DNA of 33,237 bases, taken from positions 1 through 33,237 of the forward strand of contig DATLEB010000214.1 of NCBI GenBank assembly GCA_035525615.1, in the 5' to 3' direction. The stretch's first letter is position 1, and each line of letters opens with the position of its first letter. The notes beneath the pieces are model-generated. The model was not told where the DNA came from and did no database searches. It saw only the letters and a list, made by a program, of their open reading frames with translations. The DNA comes from Kofleriaceae bacterium. Its GTDB lineage: Bacteria > Myxococcota_A > Polyangia > Haliangiales > Haliangiaceae. Below, in pieces: positions 14,869-23,182 of this stretch. The position numbers were made by a program, and so were the translations under genes.

Positions 14869-16287
14869 ATGGATCCCACCGCCTACCCGGTGAACGATTT
14901 CGGGCCCGCGATGCGCGGCATGGTGATCGGTGCCGTCGGCATCCTGCACGTCTTCCTCGCGCAGTTCGCGATCGGCGGCGGCTTCGTCCTCACGTACATG
15001 CAGTGGCTCTCGGGGCGGGGCGTCCCCGACGCGCGTCGCTTCCTCGACAGCTTCTTCAAGTATCTCGTCCTCGTCAGCTTCGTGACCGGCGCGATGACCG
15101 GCGTCGCCATGTGGCTGACGACGATCCAGGTCGGCCCGCGCACGATCGGGCTCATGGTCGACGAGTTCCACTGGATCTGGGCGACCGAGTGGTGCTGCTT
15201 CACCGTCGAGATCGTCGCGGGCTACATGTTCCTGCGCTTCGGCGCGCGGCTCCCCGACGGGGCGCGCCTCAAGCTGCTCGCGACGTACTCGATCGCGTCG
15301 TTCCTCAGCCTGTTCTGGGTGAACGGGATCCTGTCGTGGCAGCTCACGCCCGGCGCGTGGATCGGCAGCGGCGACGTGTGGGCGGGCTTCTTCAACCCGA
15401 GCTTCTGGCCGTCGCTCCTCTATCGCGCCGCGGTGTCGAGCACGCTGGGCGCGCTCGCCGCGATCGCGGTCGTCAACGTCATGGACATCGACCGCGCCGC
15501 ACGCCACGCGCTCATCGCACGCGTGTCGCGGCTCCTCGTGCCGATGGCGGCCATGCCGGTCCTCGGGCTCTGGTACATGGCGGTGATCCCCGCCGACAGC
15601 CGCGCGTGGGTGATGGGCGGCTCGGTCGCGATGTCGATGTTCCTCGCCATGGCGGCCGGCGCGTCGCTGCTCATCGGCGCGTACGCGCTGATCGGGATCC
15701 TGTGGCGCAAGCTGTACGTGAGCGGCGCGACGGCGGCGCTCTTGCTGGCCCTCGCGTTCGGCGCGACCGCCGCCGGTGAGTTCGTGCGCGAGGGCGCGCG
15801 CAAGCCGTACACGATCCGCCAGGTCCTGTTCTCGAACTCGATCACGCCGAGCGAGGTGGCGCGGCTGCGACTCGAGGGCTCGGTGGCGGGCGACATCTAT
15901 CCCTTGCGCGACGCCGCGCGCTACCCGACGCCGCAGCTCCGGCTCGGCGCGCACGTCGTGCGCGTCCAGTGCTCGGCGTGCCACACCATGCAGGGCGCCA
16001 ACGCGCTCGTTCACCTCGGCGGCGGCTGGTCGATCGATCAGCTGCGCATGAACATCTCCAAGCTCCAGCGCACGAAGGCGTTCATGCCGCCGTTCGCCGG
16101 GCCGCCGGAGGAGGTGGAGGCCGTCGCGCAGCTCATCGCATGGGAGGCCGCGGGCGCGCCGAAGGCATGGCCCGAAAGCGTCGATCCGACCGTGCTCGCG
16201 CAGATCGCGCGCTGGCTCGACGAGGCGGGCACGCGCCCGGCGCCGGCGTCGGGGCACGCCGCCGAGCGCGAGGAGGCGGCGCCATGA
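14869..16287 (+). CDS. Cytochrome bd oxidase subunit I (CydA)-like membrane protein fused to a C-terminal mono-heme c-type cytochrome domain
   Basis: The N-terminus aligns with CydA: ILHVFLAQFAIGGGFVLTYMQ matches YHFLFVPLTLGMAFLLAIME (His heme ligand); WATEWCCFTVEIVAGYMFLRFG matches LAIEGLMAFFLESTFVGLFFFG (paired Glu); SLFWVNGILSWQLTPG matches SALWILVANGWMQNP. The C-terminus carries CSACH (CXXCH) and MPPF. It is only about 340 aa of membrane domain plus about 130 aa of cytochrome c. The start was set at the internal ATG MDPTAYP; the long upstream extension of track ORF 13435..16287 is antisense to the kinase gene. Confidence 0.7.
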   Translation: MDPTAYPVNDFGPAMRGMVIGAVGILHVFLAQFAIGGGFVLTYMQWLSGRGVPDARRFLDSFFKYLVLVSFVTGAMTGVAMWLTTIQVGPRTIGLMVDEFHWIWATEWCCFTVEIVAGYMFLRFGARLPDGARLKLLATYSIASFLSLFWVNGILSWQLTPGAWIGSGDVWAGFFNPSFWPSLLYRAAVSSTLGALAAIAVVNVMDIDRAARHALIARVSRLLVPMAAMPVLGLWYMAVIPADSRAWVMGGSVAMSMFLAMAAGASLLIGAYALIGILWRKLYVSGATAALLLALAFGATAAGEFVREGARKPYTIRQVLFSNSITPSEVARLRLEGSVAGDIYPLRDAARYPTPQLRLGAHVVRVQCSACHTMQGANALVHLGGGWSIDQLRMNISKLQRTKAFMPPFAGPPEEVEAVAQLIAWEAAGAPKAWPESVDPTVLAQIARWLDEAGTRPAPASGHAAEREEAAP

Positions 16288-17279
16288 GCCTCTTCCTCGA
16301 TCACGGCGGCGCCGGCGGCTACCTGCTCCTCCTCGTGCTCACGTTCACGGCGCACGCGGTGCTGGTCGGGTTCGTCCTCGGCGCGGCGGCGTGGGCCACG
16401 GTGCGCGCGCTGCGCGGCGGCGATGACGCGGTGGCGGCCACGTCGCGCGACTGGTTGCCGTTCGCGCTCGGCGCCGCGATCACCGCCGGCGTCGCGCCGC
16501 TGCTCCTCGTGCAGGTCCTCTACCAGCATCGCGTGTACACGGCGACGCTCCTGCTCTCGCATCGGTTCATGGCGATCGTGCCGGCGCTCATCGTCGGCTT
16601 CTACTTGCTGTATCTCGCGAAGACCGCGCGTGTGGCGGCATGGCCGCGGCTCCGTCGCGGTGCGGTCACGGGCGTCGCGCTGGCGCTGTTCGTGTTCGTC
16701 GCGTGGACGTGGGTCGAGGAGCACACGCTGGCGCAGGCGAGCCCCGATCAGTGGGCCGCGCACTACCGCGACGAGCGCGTGGTCTACGGCGACGAGGCGA
16801 TCGCGCCGCGCCTCCTCATGTGGCTCGGGCTGGCCGCGACGTCGTTCGCCGCCGGCGCGTCGTGGCTCGCCCGCGCCGCCGCACCGGCGGATCTGCGACG
16901 GCTCGGCATCACGGGGACCCTCGGCCTGGGCGTGGCGCTCACCGGCGTCGCGATCGTCGCGTCCGGCGATGCGCGCGCGCTGCCGGATGGAGCCACGCTG
17001 TGGCTCGTGCTCGGTGCGCTCGCGGTCGTGGTCGCCGTGCTCGGCTTCGGCTCGCTCTGGAGCGGGCGCGTGCGCAGCGGACGCTGGCTGGCGACCGCCG
17101 GCGTCGCGACGCTCTACCTCGCGATCGCCGCGCTGCGCGAGGTGCGGCGCGCGCACACCATCGACTGGCGCCCGACGCTCGACGGCGCGCAGGGCCTGCC
17201 GCTCTTCCTGGTGTTCGCCGCCGGCGGTACCGTCGCGATCGTGTGGTGCGCGCGCCTGGTCACTCGCAATCTTCGATGA
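16284..17279 (+). CDS. Polytopic integral membrane protein, a candidate partner (subunit-II-like) of the CydA-like/cytochrome c protein
   Basis: The ATG overlaps the upstream TGA (ATGA). The protein is 331 aa with multiple hydrophobic helices. I recognise no specific family. Confidence 0.5.
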   Translation: MSLFLDHGGAGGYLLLLVLTFTAHAVLVGFVLGAAAWATVRALRGGDDAVAATSRDWLPFALGAAITAGVAPLLLVQVLYQHRVYTATLLLSHRFMAIVPALIVGFYLLYLAKTARVAAWPRLRRGAVTGVALALFVFVAWTWVEEHTLAQASPDQWAAHYRDERVVYGDEAIAPRLLMWLGLAATSFAAGASWLARAAAPADLRRLGITGTLGLGVALTGVAIVASGDARALPDGATLWLVLGALAVVVAVLGFGSLWSGRVRSGRWLATAGVATLYLAIAALREVRRAHTIDWRPTLDGAQGLPLFLVFAAGGTVAIVWCARLVTRNLR

Positions 17280-18306
17280 ACTGACCGTGCACCGGAGACG
17301 CGGGCGCCGCGGGCTTGCCGTCGGTGCACACGCCGTGGAACACGACCGGCACGCCGGCGGCGCCGAACAGCTTCGGTCCGTCCTGCACGTGGAAGTGAAG
17401 GTGTGGTTCGCTGGTGTTGCCGCTGTTGCCGGTGAGGCCGAGCGTCTGCCCACGCGTGACCTTGGCGCCCACCTTCACGGTGACCGAGCCCGCTTGCAGG
17501 TGCGCCAGCAGCGCGAACTCTCCGTTGCCGAAGTCGAGGACGACGTGATTGCCCGCCGGCGCCGAAGGATCCATCGTGCCCGGCGGGTGGTCGGGCTTGT
17601 CGCTGGCGACCGCGACGACGGTCGCGTCGGCGGGCGCGAGGATGGGCTGGCCCCAGCAGTGGTAGTCCTCGTTCTTCTTCCCGTCGCCGCGGTGCGTGCC
17701 GCCGTCCTTCCACATCACGAGGTCGTAGGCGTGGCGCTGGTCGGGCGCGACGACGTGATAGTTGCGCGTCGCGGTGTCGCCGCCCCAGAAGACCCACCAC
17801 TGGCCGTCGAACGGCAGGCGCAGCTGCGTCTTCAGCGCGCGGCCCGCGTGGGGATCGGCGGGCAGCTCCGCGCGAGGTGCGAAGTTGAGCGACGCGATGC
17901 GGCCCGTGCCGGCGAAGCCGACCTGCGCGACCGCGCCGCGATCGCCGACCTGCAGCTCGGCGACGTAGGCTCGCACCTCGCCCATGAGAAAGACGGTCTC
18001 GCCGTCGGGACCCGGCGCCGCGGCCCCGGTCAGCTGTCCGCGGATCGTGGTCATCAACTCGACCGTGGCGATCGCCGCGAGCTCGGGCGTGAACATCGCG
18101 TGCAGCTCCGCCAGCTTGCCGTCGAAGAAGAGGGCCAGCGCGGCGCGCCCCTCGCGCACCGTCAGGTCGCCGGCGTCGGCGTAGCCCGCGGGCACCGGCG
18201 TCGGCGTGCGCGGCACCGCCGGCGGCGGATCGGCCGGCGCGCGCGGACCCGGCGATGAACCGCACGCAGCGGCCGTGAAGACGAAGGCGACGAGGAGGCG
18301 CGACAT
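17260..18306 (-). CDS. M23 (LytM-type) metallopeptidase lipoprotein
   Basis: The signal peptide and lipobox read FVFTAAACGSS. The C-terminal region reads GNHVVLDFGNGEFALLAHL...GLTGNSGNTSEPHLHFHV, containing the HxH and LytM motifs. Confidence 0.8.
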   Translation of the reverse strand: MSRLLVAFVFTAAACGSSPGPRAPADPPPAVPRTPTPVPAGYADAGDLTVREGRAALALFFDGKLAELHAMFTPELAAIATVELMTTIRGQLTGAAAPGPDGETVFLMGEVRAYVAELQVGDRGAVAQVGFAGTGRIASLNFAPRAELPADPHAGRALKTQLRLPFDGQWWVFWGGDTATRNYHVVAPDQRHAYDLVMWKDGGTHRGDGKKNEDYHCWGQPILAPADATVVAVASDKPDHPPGTMDPSAPAGNHVVLDFGNGEFALLAHLQAGSVTVKVGAKVTRGQTLGLTGNSGNTSEPHLHFHVQDGPKLFGAAGVPVVFHGVCTDGKPAAPASPVHGQFIEDCE

Positions 18307-18339
18307 GCGCGGGTTATCGCACGTCGCGCCGCACGCGCG

Positions 18340-18894
18340 TCAGGCTGCGGCGGCCGCGAGCGCGTCGACACCGTCGAGCGTCGCCGCCAGCGCGTGCACG
18401 ATCGCCGCGATGCGGACCGCCTCGTGCACGTGCGCGTGCGAGAGGCCCTTCTGCGTCACCACGCGCTCGTGCGACTGCACGCACGTCTCGCATCCCGTGA
18501 TCGCAGACGCCGCGAGGCACCACAGCTCGAAGTCGGCGTGGTCGACGCCGGGATTGCCGATGACCTGCATGCGCAGGCGCGCCGGGATGGCCTTGTACGG
18601 GCTCGCGTCGCCACCGGTGAAGTGCAGGAACCGGTAGTAGACGTTGTTCATCGCCATGATCGACGCCGCCGCATGTGCCGCCTGGGTCGCCGGCTCGTCG
18701 AGGTGCGTCGCCGCCGCGGCCGCGACCGCGCGCACGACCTCCGCATTGCGCGCCGCGAGCGCCGACGCCAGGGCGGTGCCCCAGCGCTGGCGCGGCGTCA
18801 GCACGCCCTCGGCGGACAGCACGCCGAGGTTGATGCGCAGGTCACGCGCGTGATCGGGCAGCTTCTCCTTCAGATGATCGACGGAGGCGGTCAT
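18340..18894 (-). CDS. ahpD: Alkylhydroperoxidase AhpD (carboxymuconolactone-decarboxylase family)
   Basis: AASAITGCETCVQSHE matches the AhpD catalytic Cys-x-x-Cys...His motif. The ATG overlaps the ahpC TGA (ATGA). The start was moved to an internal ATG (MTASVDHLKEK...); the upstream 94 codons of the track ORF are Arg-rich junk. Confidence 0.85.
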   Translation of the reverse strand: MTASVDHLKEKLPDHARDLRINLGVLSAEGVLTPRQRWGTALASALAARNAEVVRAVAAAAATHLDEPATQAAHAAASIMAMNNVYYRFLHFTGGDASPYKAIPARLRMQVIGNPGVDHADFELWCLAASAITGCETCVQSHERVVTQKGLSHAHVHEAVRIAAIVHALAATLDGVDALAAAAA

Positions 18895-19430
18895 GCGGCA
18901 CTCAGCGTCTGGTCGCCCTTCTTCCAGTTGCAGGGGCAGAGCTCGTCGGTCTGGAGCGCGTCGAGGACGCGGAGCACCTCGGCCGGGTTGCGGCCGACGT
19001 TCATGTCGGTGACCTCGACGAACCGGATGATGCCCTCGGGGTCGACGATGAACGTCGCGCGCCGGGCCACGCCCTCGTTCACGTCGAGGACGCCGAGCGA
19101 CGTCGACAGGTCGCGGCGCAGATCCGAGAGCATCGGGAACGGGAGGTCCTTCAGATCCGGGTGCTGCGCGCGCCACGCCAGGTGGACGAACTCGCTGTCG
19201 GTGGAAACGCCGATGAGCTGCGTGTCCCGGTCACGGAAGTCGCGCTCGAGCTTGCCGAAGCCGGCGATCTCGGTCGGGCACACGAAGGTGAAGTCCTTCG
19301 GCCAGAAGAAGACGATCTTCCACTTGCCCTCGTAGCTCGAGGAGGTGAGGTCGATGAACTGCTTGCCAGGCTCGTTCGAGACGACGGCCTTGGAAGCGAA
19401 CTGCGGGAAACGATCTCCGATGGTGAGCAT
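18891..19430 (-). CDS. ahpC: Peroxiredoxin AhpC (typical 2-Cys)
   Basis: FFWPKDFTFVCPTEI contains the peroxidatic Cys, and DELCPCNWKKGDQTL contains the resolving Cys. The protein is colinear with E. coli AhpC across its full length. The start was set at the ATG (MLTIGD...); the track starts 3 codons earlier at a GTG. Confidence 0.9.
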   Translation of the reverse strand: MLTIGDRFPQFASKAVVSNEPGKQFIDLTSSSYEGKWKIVFFWPKDFTFVCPTEIAGFGKLERDFRDRDTQLIGVSTDSEFVHLAWRAQHPDLKDLPFPMLSDLRRDLSTSLGVLDVNEGVARRATFIVDPEGIIRFVEVTDMNVGRNPAEVLRVLDALQTDELCPCNWKKGDQTLSAA

Positions 19431-19518
19431 GGGAGGCACTGTGGGGCCCGCCGTGTGATAAGGCCAATCTCGCCAGATGATGGATGTGATAGTCTGGGGC
19501 TATCAGTATGTGGCAGCC
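19431..19518. promoter_or_regulatory. Divergent ahpC / oxyR promoter region containing an OxyR-type half-site pair ATAG-N7-CTAT (19489-19503)
   Basis: GATGTGATAGtctggggCTATCAG matches the OxyR ATAGnTnnnAnCTAT element. Additional GATAAG and GTGATAG copies lie upstream. Confidence 0.4.
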
Positions 19519-20439
19519 ATGAGCCTGGACCTCACGCTCCGCCAGCTCGAGTACGTGGTCGCCGTCGCCGAGCACAAGAGCTTCCGCCGCGCCGCCGAGG
19601 CGTGCGCGGTGACGCAGCCGGCGCTCTCGGCGCAGATCGCGCAGCTCGAGGGCGTCCTCGGCGTGCAGATCTTCGAGCGCGATCGCCGCAAGGTGCTGGT
19701 GACGCCGACCGGCGCCGAGATCGTGGCACGCGCGCGCGCGACCCTGGGTCAGGCCGGCCAGGTCGTCGAGGCGGCGCGCACCGCGGCGCAGCCGCTGTCC
19801 GGCACGCTGCGCCTCGGCGTCATCCCGACGATCGCGCCGTATCTCCTGCCGGTCGTCCTGCCGGCGGTGCGCGCCGCGTATCCGAAGCTGCGCCTCGTCC
19901 TGCGCGAGGAGCAGACCGCGCCGCTGCTCGCGCAGCTCGACGACGGTCGTCTCGACGCCGGCATCCTCGCCTTGCCGGTGCACGGTGACCTCGCCGCGAT
20001 CCAGCTCTACCGCGAGGACTTCGTGCTCGCGGCGCCGCCGCAGCATCCGCTGGCCAAGCGCGCGCGCGTGCGCGAGGACGATCTCGACGCGGAGGCGGTG
20101 CTGCTGCTCGAGGACGGCCACTGCCTGCGCGATCAGGCCCTCGCGGTCTGCAGTCACGCCGGCTCGTACGAGGTCGCCGAGCTGCGCGCGACCAGCCTGC
20201 CCACGCTGGTGCAGATGGTCGCGAGCGGGCAGGGCATCACGCTCCTGCCCGAGATGGCCGCGTCGGTGCTCGCCGGTCGCGGCAGCGGCGTCGTCACCGC
20301 GCGCTTCACGCCGGCGCCGGGCCGCGACGTCGGCCTGGTGTGGCGCATGTCGTCGGCGCGCGGGCGCGAGCTCGGCCTGCTCGCCGACATCATCCGCGCG
20401 CAGGCCACGCGTCACATCGGCGCGTCGCGGAAGAAGTAG
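19519..20439 (+). CDS. oxyR: LysR-family peroxide-sensing regulator OxyR
   Basis: The N-terminal LysR HTH reads LRQLEYVVAVAEHKSFRRAAEACAVTQPALSAQI. The redox-switch segment reads LEDGHCLRDQALAVCSHAG, with the two Cys spaced as in E. coli C199/C208, followed by ATSLPTLVQMVASGQGITLLP. The protein aligns with E. coli OxyR from Met15 of the track ORF. Confidence 0.85.
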   Translation: MSLDLTLRQLEYVVAVAEHKSFRRAAEACAVTQPALSAQIAQLEGVLGVQIFERDRRKVLVTPTGAEIVARARATLGQAGQVVEAARTAAQPLSGTLRLGVIPTIAPYLLPVVLPAVRAAYPKLRLVLREEQTAPLLAQLDDGRLDAGILALPVHGDLAAIQLYREDFVLAAPPQHPLAKRARVREDDLDAEAVLLLEDGHCLRDQALAVCSHAGSYEVAELRATSLPTLVQMVASGQGITLLPEMAASVLAGRGSGVVTARFTPAPGRDVGLVWRMSSARGRELGLLADIIRAQATRHIGASRKK

Positions 20440-20441
20440 CC

Positions 20442-21650
20442 CTACCAGCTGCCGGCGTAGCCGAGGCCCGCGCCGTGCGGCACCGCGATCGGCACGATCT
20501 GCCGCTGGCTCGAGAGCTCGACGAGCGGGCCGCCGCGGAAGCGCGCGTCGGGCTTCATCTTGCGCGTGACGTGCGCGCCGAGGAGCAGACCGCCCCACGC
20601 GCCGCCGAGCGTGAGCGCCGCGGCGATGCGCGCCTCGGTGTCGCCGTCCTCGCTCTCGCCGTCGCCGAACAAGAGGATGCCGCTCGCGCCGCCGAGCAGA
20701 CCGCCGAGCAGCGCCGACAGCCAGATGAGGCGCGCGCGTCCCGGCGACCACGTGAGGTCCTTGCCGAGCACGAGGCCGGCCGCCGCGCCGGCGTCGAGGC
20801 CGCCGGCCATCGCGAGCAACACCGGATCCTCGTCGTCGATGTCGGGCTGCACGATCAGCAACCCGAGCCCGACGGTGGCGACGCCCATCGTCGCCATCGT
20901 GCCGGCGAACGACACCTGGCCGCGCGTCGGCTTCACCGTCTGCCCGTAGTAGAGACCGGCGCCCATCACGAGCGCGGCGCTGCCGAGCACGGTGACGTTC
21001 CACTCCTCGGAGCTCTCGGCGCCCGCCGGTGACGCGAGCAGGAGGCCGTTGCCGGCGCCGAGCAACATGCCGAGGCTGTACGCCTCGGCGGTGCCGCCGT
21101 AGATGGTGCGGCCCTTGGTGCCGTAGAGGCTCGCCGCGAAGCCGAGGCCGGTGGTTGCGACGACGATGCCGGTGATGGCGCGCGCGTCGCCGGTGTCCGC
21201 GAGATCGGAGAAGACCGCGCCGGCGTAGATCGACGCGAGCGTGCTGGTCACGATGATGCCGGCGCGACCCTCGTCGGGATCGTCGCGCGTCGAGTCCGCG
21301 GTCCCGATCGGCGGCATCCCCGGCGCCGCGCCGTCGAGCACGATGCGCCCCTTGCGTGCGTCGAGCTCGTCGGTGAGCCGGCCCATCTCGCGCGCCGCGC
21401 CGCGCAGCTCGGGATCGGCGGCGGTGCTCGCGGCCTCGCCGAAGCTCGCGCGCGCCGTCGCGAAGTCGTTCACGAGCAGCGCGGCGAACCCGCGCTGGTA
21501 CGCAACGCGCGAGGCGTCGATCATCACGGCGTCGTCGGGCGGCGGCACCGGCGCGGCTTCGGGCGGCGGTGGCGCGCCCGGTTGTGCCGCGACGGGCGCG
21601 GCGATGGCGAGGAGTGCAGCGATAGCAGCGACCGGCGTGCGCATGCGCAT
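20442..21650 (-). CDS. Secreted or membrane hypothetical protein with a signal peptide and Gly/Ala-rich hydrophobic segments
   Basis: The N-terminus MRMRTPVAAIAALLAIAAPVAAQP is signal-peptide-like with an AxA site. Several Gly-rich hydrophobic stretches follow. I recognise no domain. GC3 bias is strong. Confidence 0.5.
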   Translation of the reverse strand: MRMRTPVAAIAALLAIAAPVAAQPGAPPPPEAAPVPPPDDAVMIDASRVAYQRGFAALLVNDFATARASFGEAASTAADPELRGAAREMGRLTDELDARKGRIVLDGAAPGMPPIGTADSTRDDPDEGRAGIIVTSTLASIYAGAVFSDLADTGDARAITGIVVATTGLGFAASLYGTKGRTIYGGTAEAYSLGMLLGAGNGLLLASPAGAESSEEWNVTVLGSAALVMGAGLYYGQTVKPTRGQVSFAGTMATMGVATVGLGLLIVQPDIDDEDPVLLAMAGGLDAGAAAGLVLGKDLTWSPGRARLIWLSALLGGLLGGASGILLFGDGESEDGDTEARIAAALTLGGAWGGLLLGAHVTRKMKPDARFRGGPLVELSSQRQIVPIAVPHGAGLGYAGSW

Positions 21651-21685
21651 GTGTGCGGCGATCGTAGCGCAGCGCCCTCGTCAGC

Positions 21686-22474
21686 TCACAGTTCGATGAC
21701 CTGCTGAATGCGCGGCGCGCCGTACTCGGCGGCGCCGGTGAGCACGCGCAGGTTGGGAAGGAGGTCCGCTTGCCCACTGCTGTGCGTGTGGCCACACAAC
21801 ACGGTGGCCCGCGCGCGCGGATGCGCCGCGAAGGTCTCGCGCAGGACGTCGCCGGTGGCCTTGCACGTGAAGAATGGCAGCCAGTCGTCGTTCGAGATCG
21901 CGCCTTCGTGCCAGCACGCCTCGCGGAACGGCGGCACGTGCGTGGCGACGACGACGTGCTCGGCCCAGGCCAGCGCCTCGGCGAGTAGCGCGCGCAAGCG
22001 TGTCGCGCTCTCGTCGCCGTAGGCTTCGAGCCGCTCGCGCAGCGCACCGCGCGAGATGCCCGACAGCTCCTCGATGAAGATGAAGTCGTTGAGCATCACG
22101 CGCGTGGTCACGAAGTTGCCGAGGCGCGCGTCGCCCCAGCCGTCGACGCCGACCAGCGCGGTGGTCGCGTCGAGCCGCACGACACCTCCCGCGTGCAGCC
22201 AGCGCGAGCGCCCCGCGGTGGTCGCGGCCGCGCGCGCGCGAACGTCCGCGATCGAGCCGCGGTAGTAGTCGTGGTTGCCGAGCACGTAGTGGAGCGGCGC
22301 GCCGCAACCCGCCGCGAGCTGCTCGATCAGATCGAGCACGGTCGGCGCGATCGCGATGTCACCGGTGACGACCACAGTGTCGGGCTGCTCGGCGCGCACC
22401 GTTGCCGCCAAGCCGGCACGCGCGGCGGGGTCCAAGAAGTCGAGGTGGATGTCGGTCAACCAGGCGACGCGCAC
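21686..22474 (-). CDS. Calcineurin-like metallophosphoesterase
   Basis: The metal-binding motifs are VVVTGDIAI (GD), LGNHDYY (GNHD/E) and CGHTHSS (GHxH). The gene uses a GTG start. Confidence 0.65.
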   Translation of the reverse strand: MRVAWLTDIHLDFLDPAARAGLAATVRAEQPDTVVVTGDIAIAPTVLDLIEQLAAGCGAPLHYVLGNHDYYRGSIADVRARAAATTAGRSRWLHAGGVVRLDATTALVGVDGWGDARLGNFVTTRVMLNDFIFIEELSGISRGALRERLEAYGDESATRLRALLAEALAWAEHVVVATHVPPFREACWHEGAISNDDWLPFFTCKATGDVLRETFAAHPRARATVLCGHTHSSGQADLLPNLRVLTGAAEYGAPRIQQVIEL

Positions 22475-22517
22475 CCATGAAATCTACTGCGAAAACGAAG
22501 GCTTGTGAAATAGATAG

Positions 22518-22542
22518 TTGACAGTGTCATATGACAGTGTCA
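22518..22542. promoter_or_regulatory. Operator-like double palindrome: TTGACA -35-like hexamer fused to TGACAgTGTCA-ta-TGACAgTGTCA
   Basis: Two identical 11-bp inverted repeats (TGACA-g-TGTCA) lie in tandem, 2 bp apart. They are embedded in the only AT-rich intergenic stretch, between the divergent metallophosphoesterase start (22474) and the MerR-family gene start (22553). Confidence 0.5.
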
Positions 22543-22552
22543 GGTTGGGCGG

Positions 22553-23182
22553 GTGAGCGCATCGTGGACCATCCGTGAGCTTTGCCAGCAGGTCGAAGAG
22601 AGCCTCGCTGGTGAGGACGCGCCGGCCAACGGGCAGGTGAGGGCGGTCCCCGACGAGCGCAGCGTTCGCTACTACACGACCCTTGGACTGATCGATCGGC
22701 CGCTGCTGCGCGGCCGCACCGCGCTTTACGGCGCGCGTCACCTGGCGCAACTGGTCGCGATCAAGCGGTACCAGAGTGAAGGCAAGACGCTCGCCGAGAT
22801 CCAGCAGTCGCTGCCCGCGATGGACGACCACTCGCTGGCGCGGTTCACGGGCATCGCGCTGGCGACCAAGCCGCCGCGCCCCGGCAGCCGCCGCGATTTC
22901 TGGCGCGAGCCCGAGATGGAGCTCGCGCCGCCCGAAACCGAAACCAAAACCGAAACCGAAACCGAAACCGAAACTCCCACCCCTCCCACCATTCCCACCC
23001 CTCCCGCCTTCTCCCAGTGCCTCGAGCTCACTCTCGCCCCCGGCGTCCGCCTCGCGCTCACGACAGCGCGCCCCGCCACCGATGCGGACGCCGCCGCCCT
23101 CCTCTCCGCTGCCACGCCCCTGCTTCAAGAACTGCTTCGCCGTCACCTCATCCCGTCTACTCTCCAGGAGCCCACACCATGA
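22553..23182 (+). CDS. MerR-family transcriptional regulator with a low-complexity (ET)n / Pro-Thr linker
   Basis: The N-terminal HTH reads WTIRELCQQVE...ERSVRYYTTLGLIDRP...GRTALYGARHLAQLVAIKRYQSEGKTLAEIQ. The gene uses a GTG start. Its TGA overlaps the ATG of the VIT-vWA gene. Confidence 0.7.
   Translation: MSASWTIRELCQQVEESLAGEDAPANGQVRAVPDERSVRYYTTLGLIDRPLLRGRTALYGARHLAQLVAIKRYQSEGKTLAEIQQSLPAMDDHSLARFTGIALATKPPRPGSRRDFWREPEMELAPPETETKTETETETETPTPPTIPTPPAFSQCLELTLAPGVRLALTTARPATDADAAALLSAATPLLQELLRRHLIPSTLQEPTP
22934..22975 (+). repeat. Hexanucleotide microsatellite (GAAACC)x7 encoding ETETKTETETETET inside the MerR-family gene
   Basis: Read directly from the sequence. It is an A-rich island in GC-rich coding DNA and is followed by a CCCACCCCTCCC tract. 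Confidence 0.8.
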
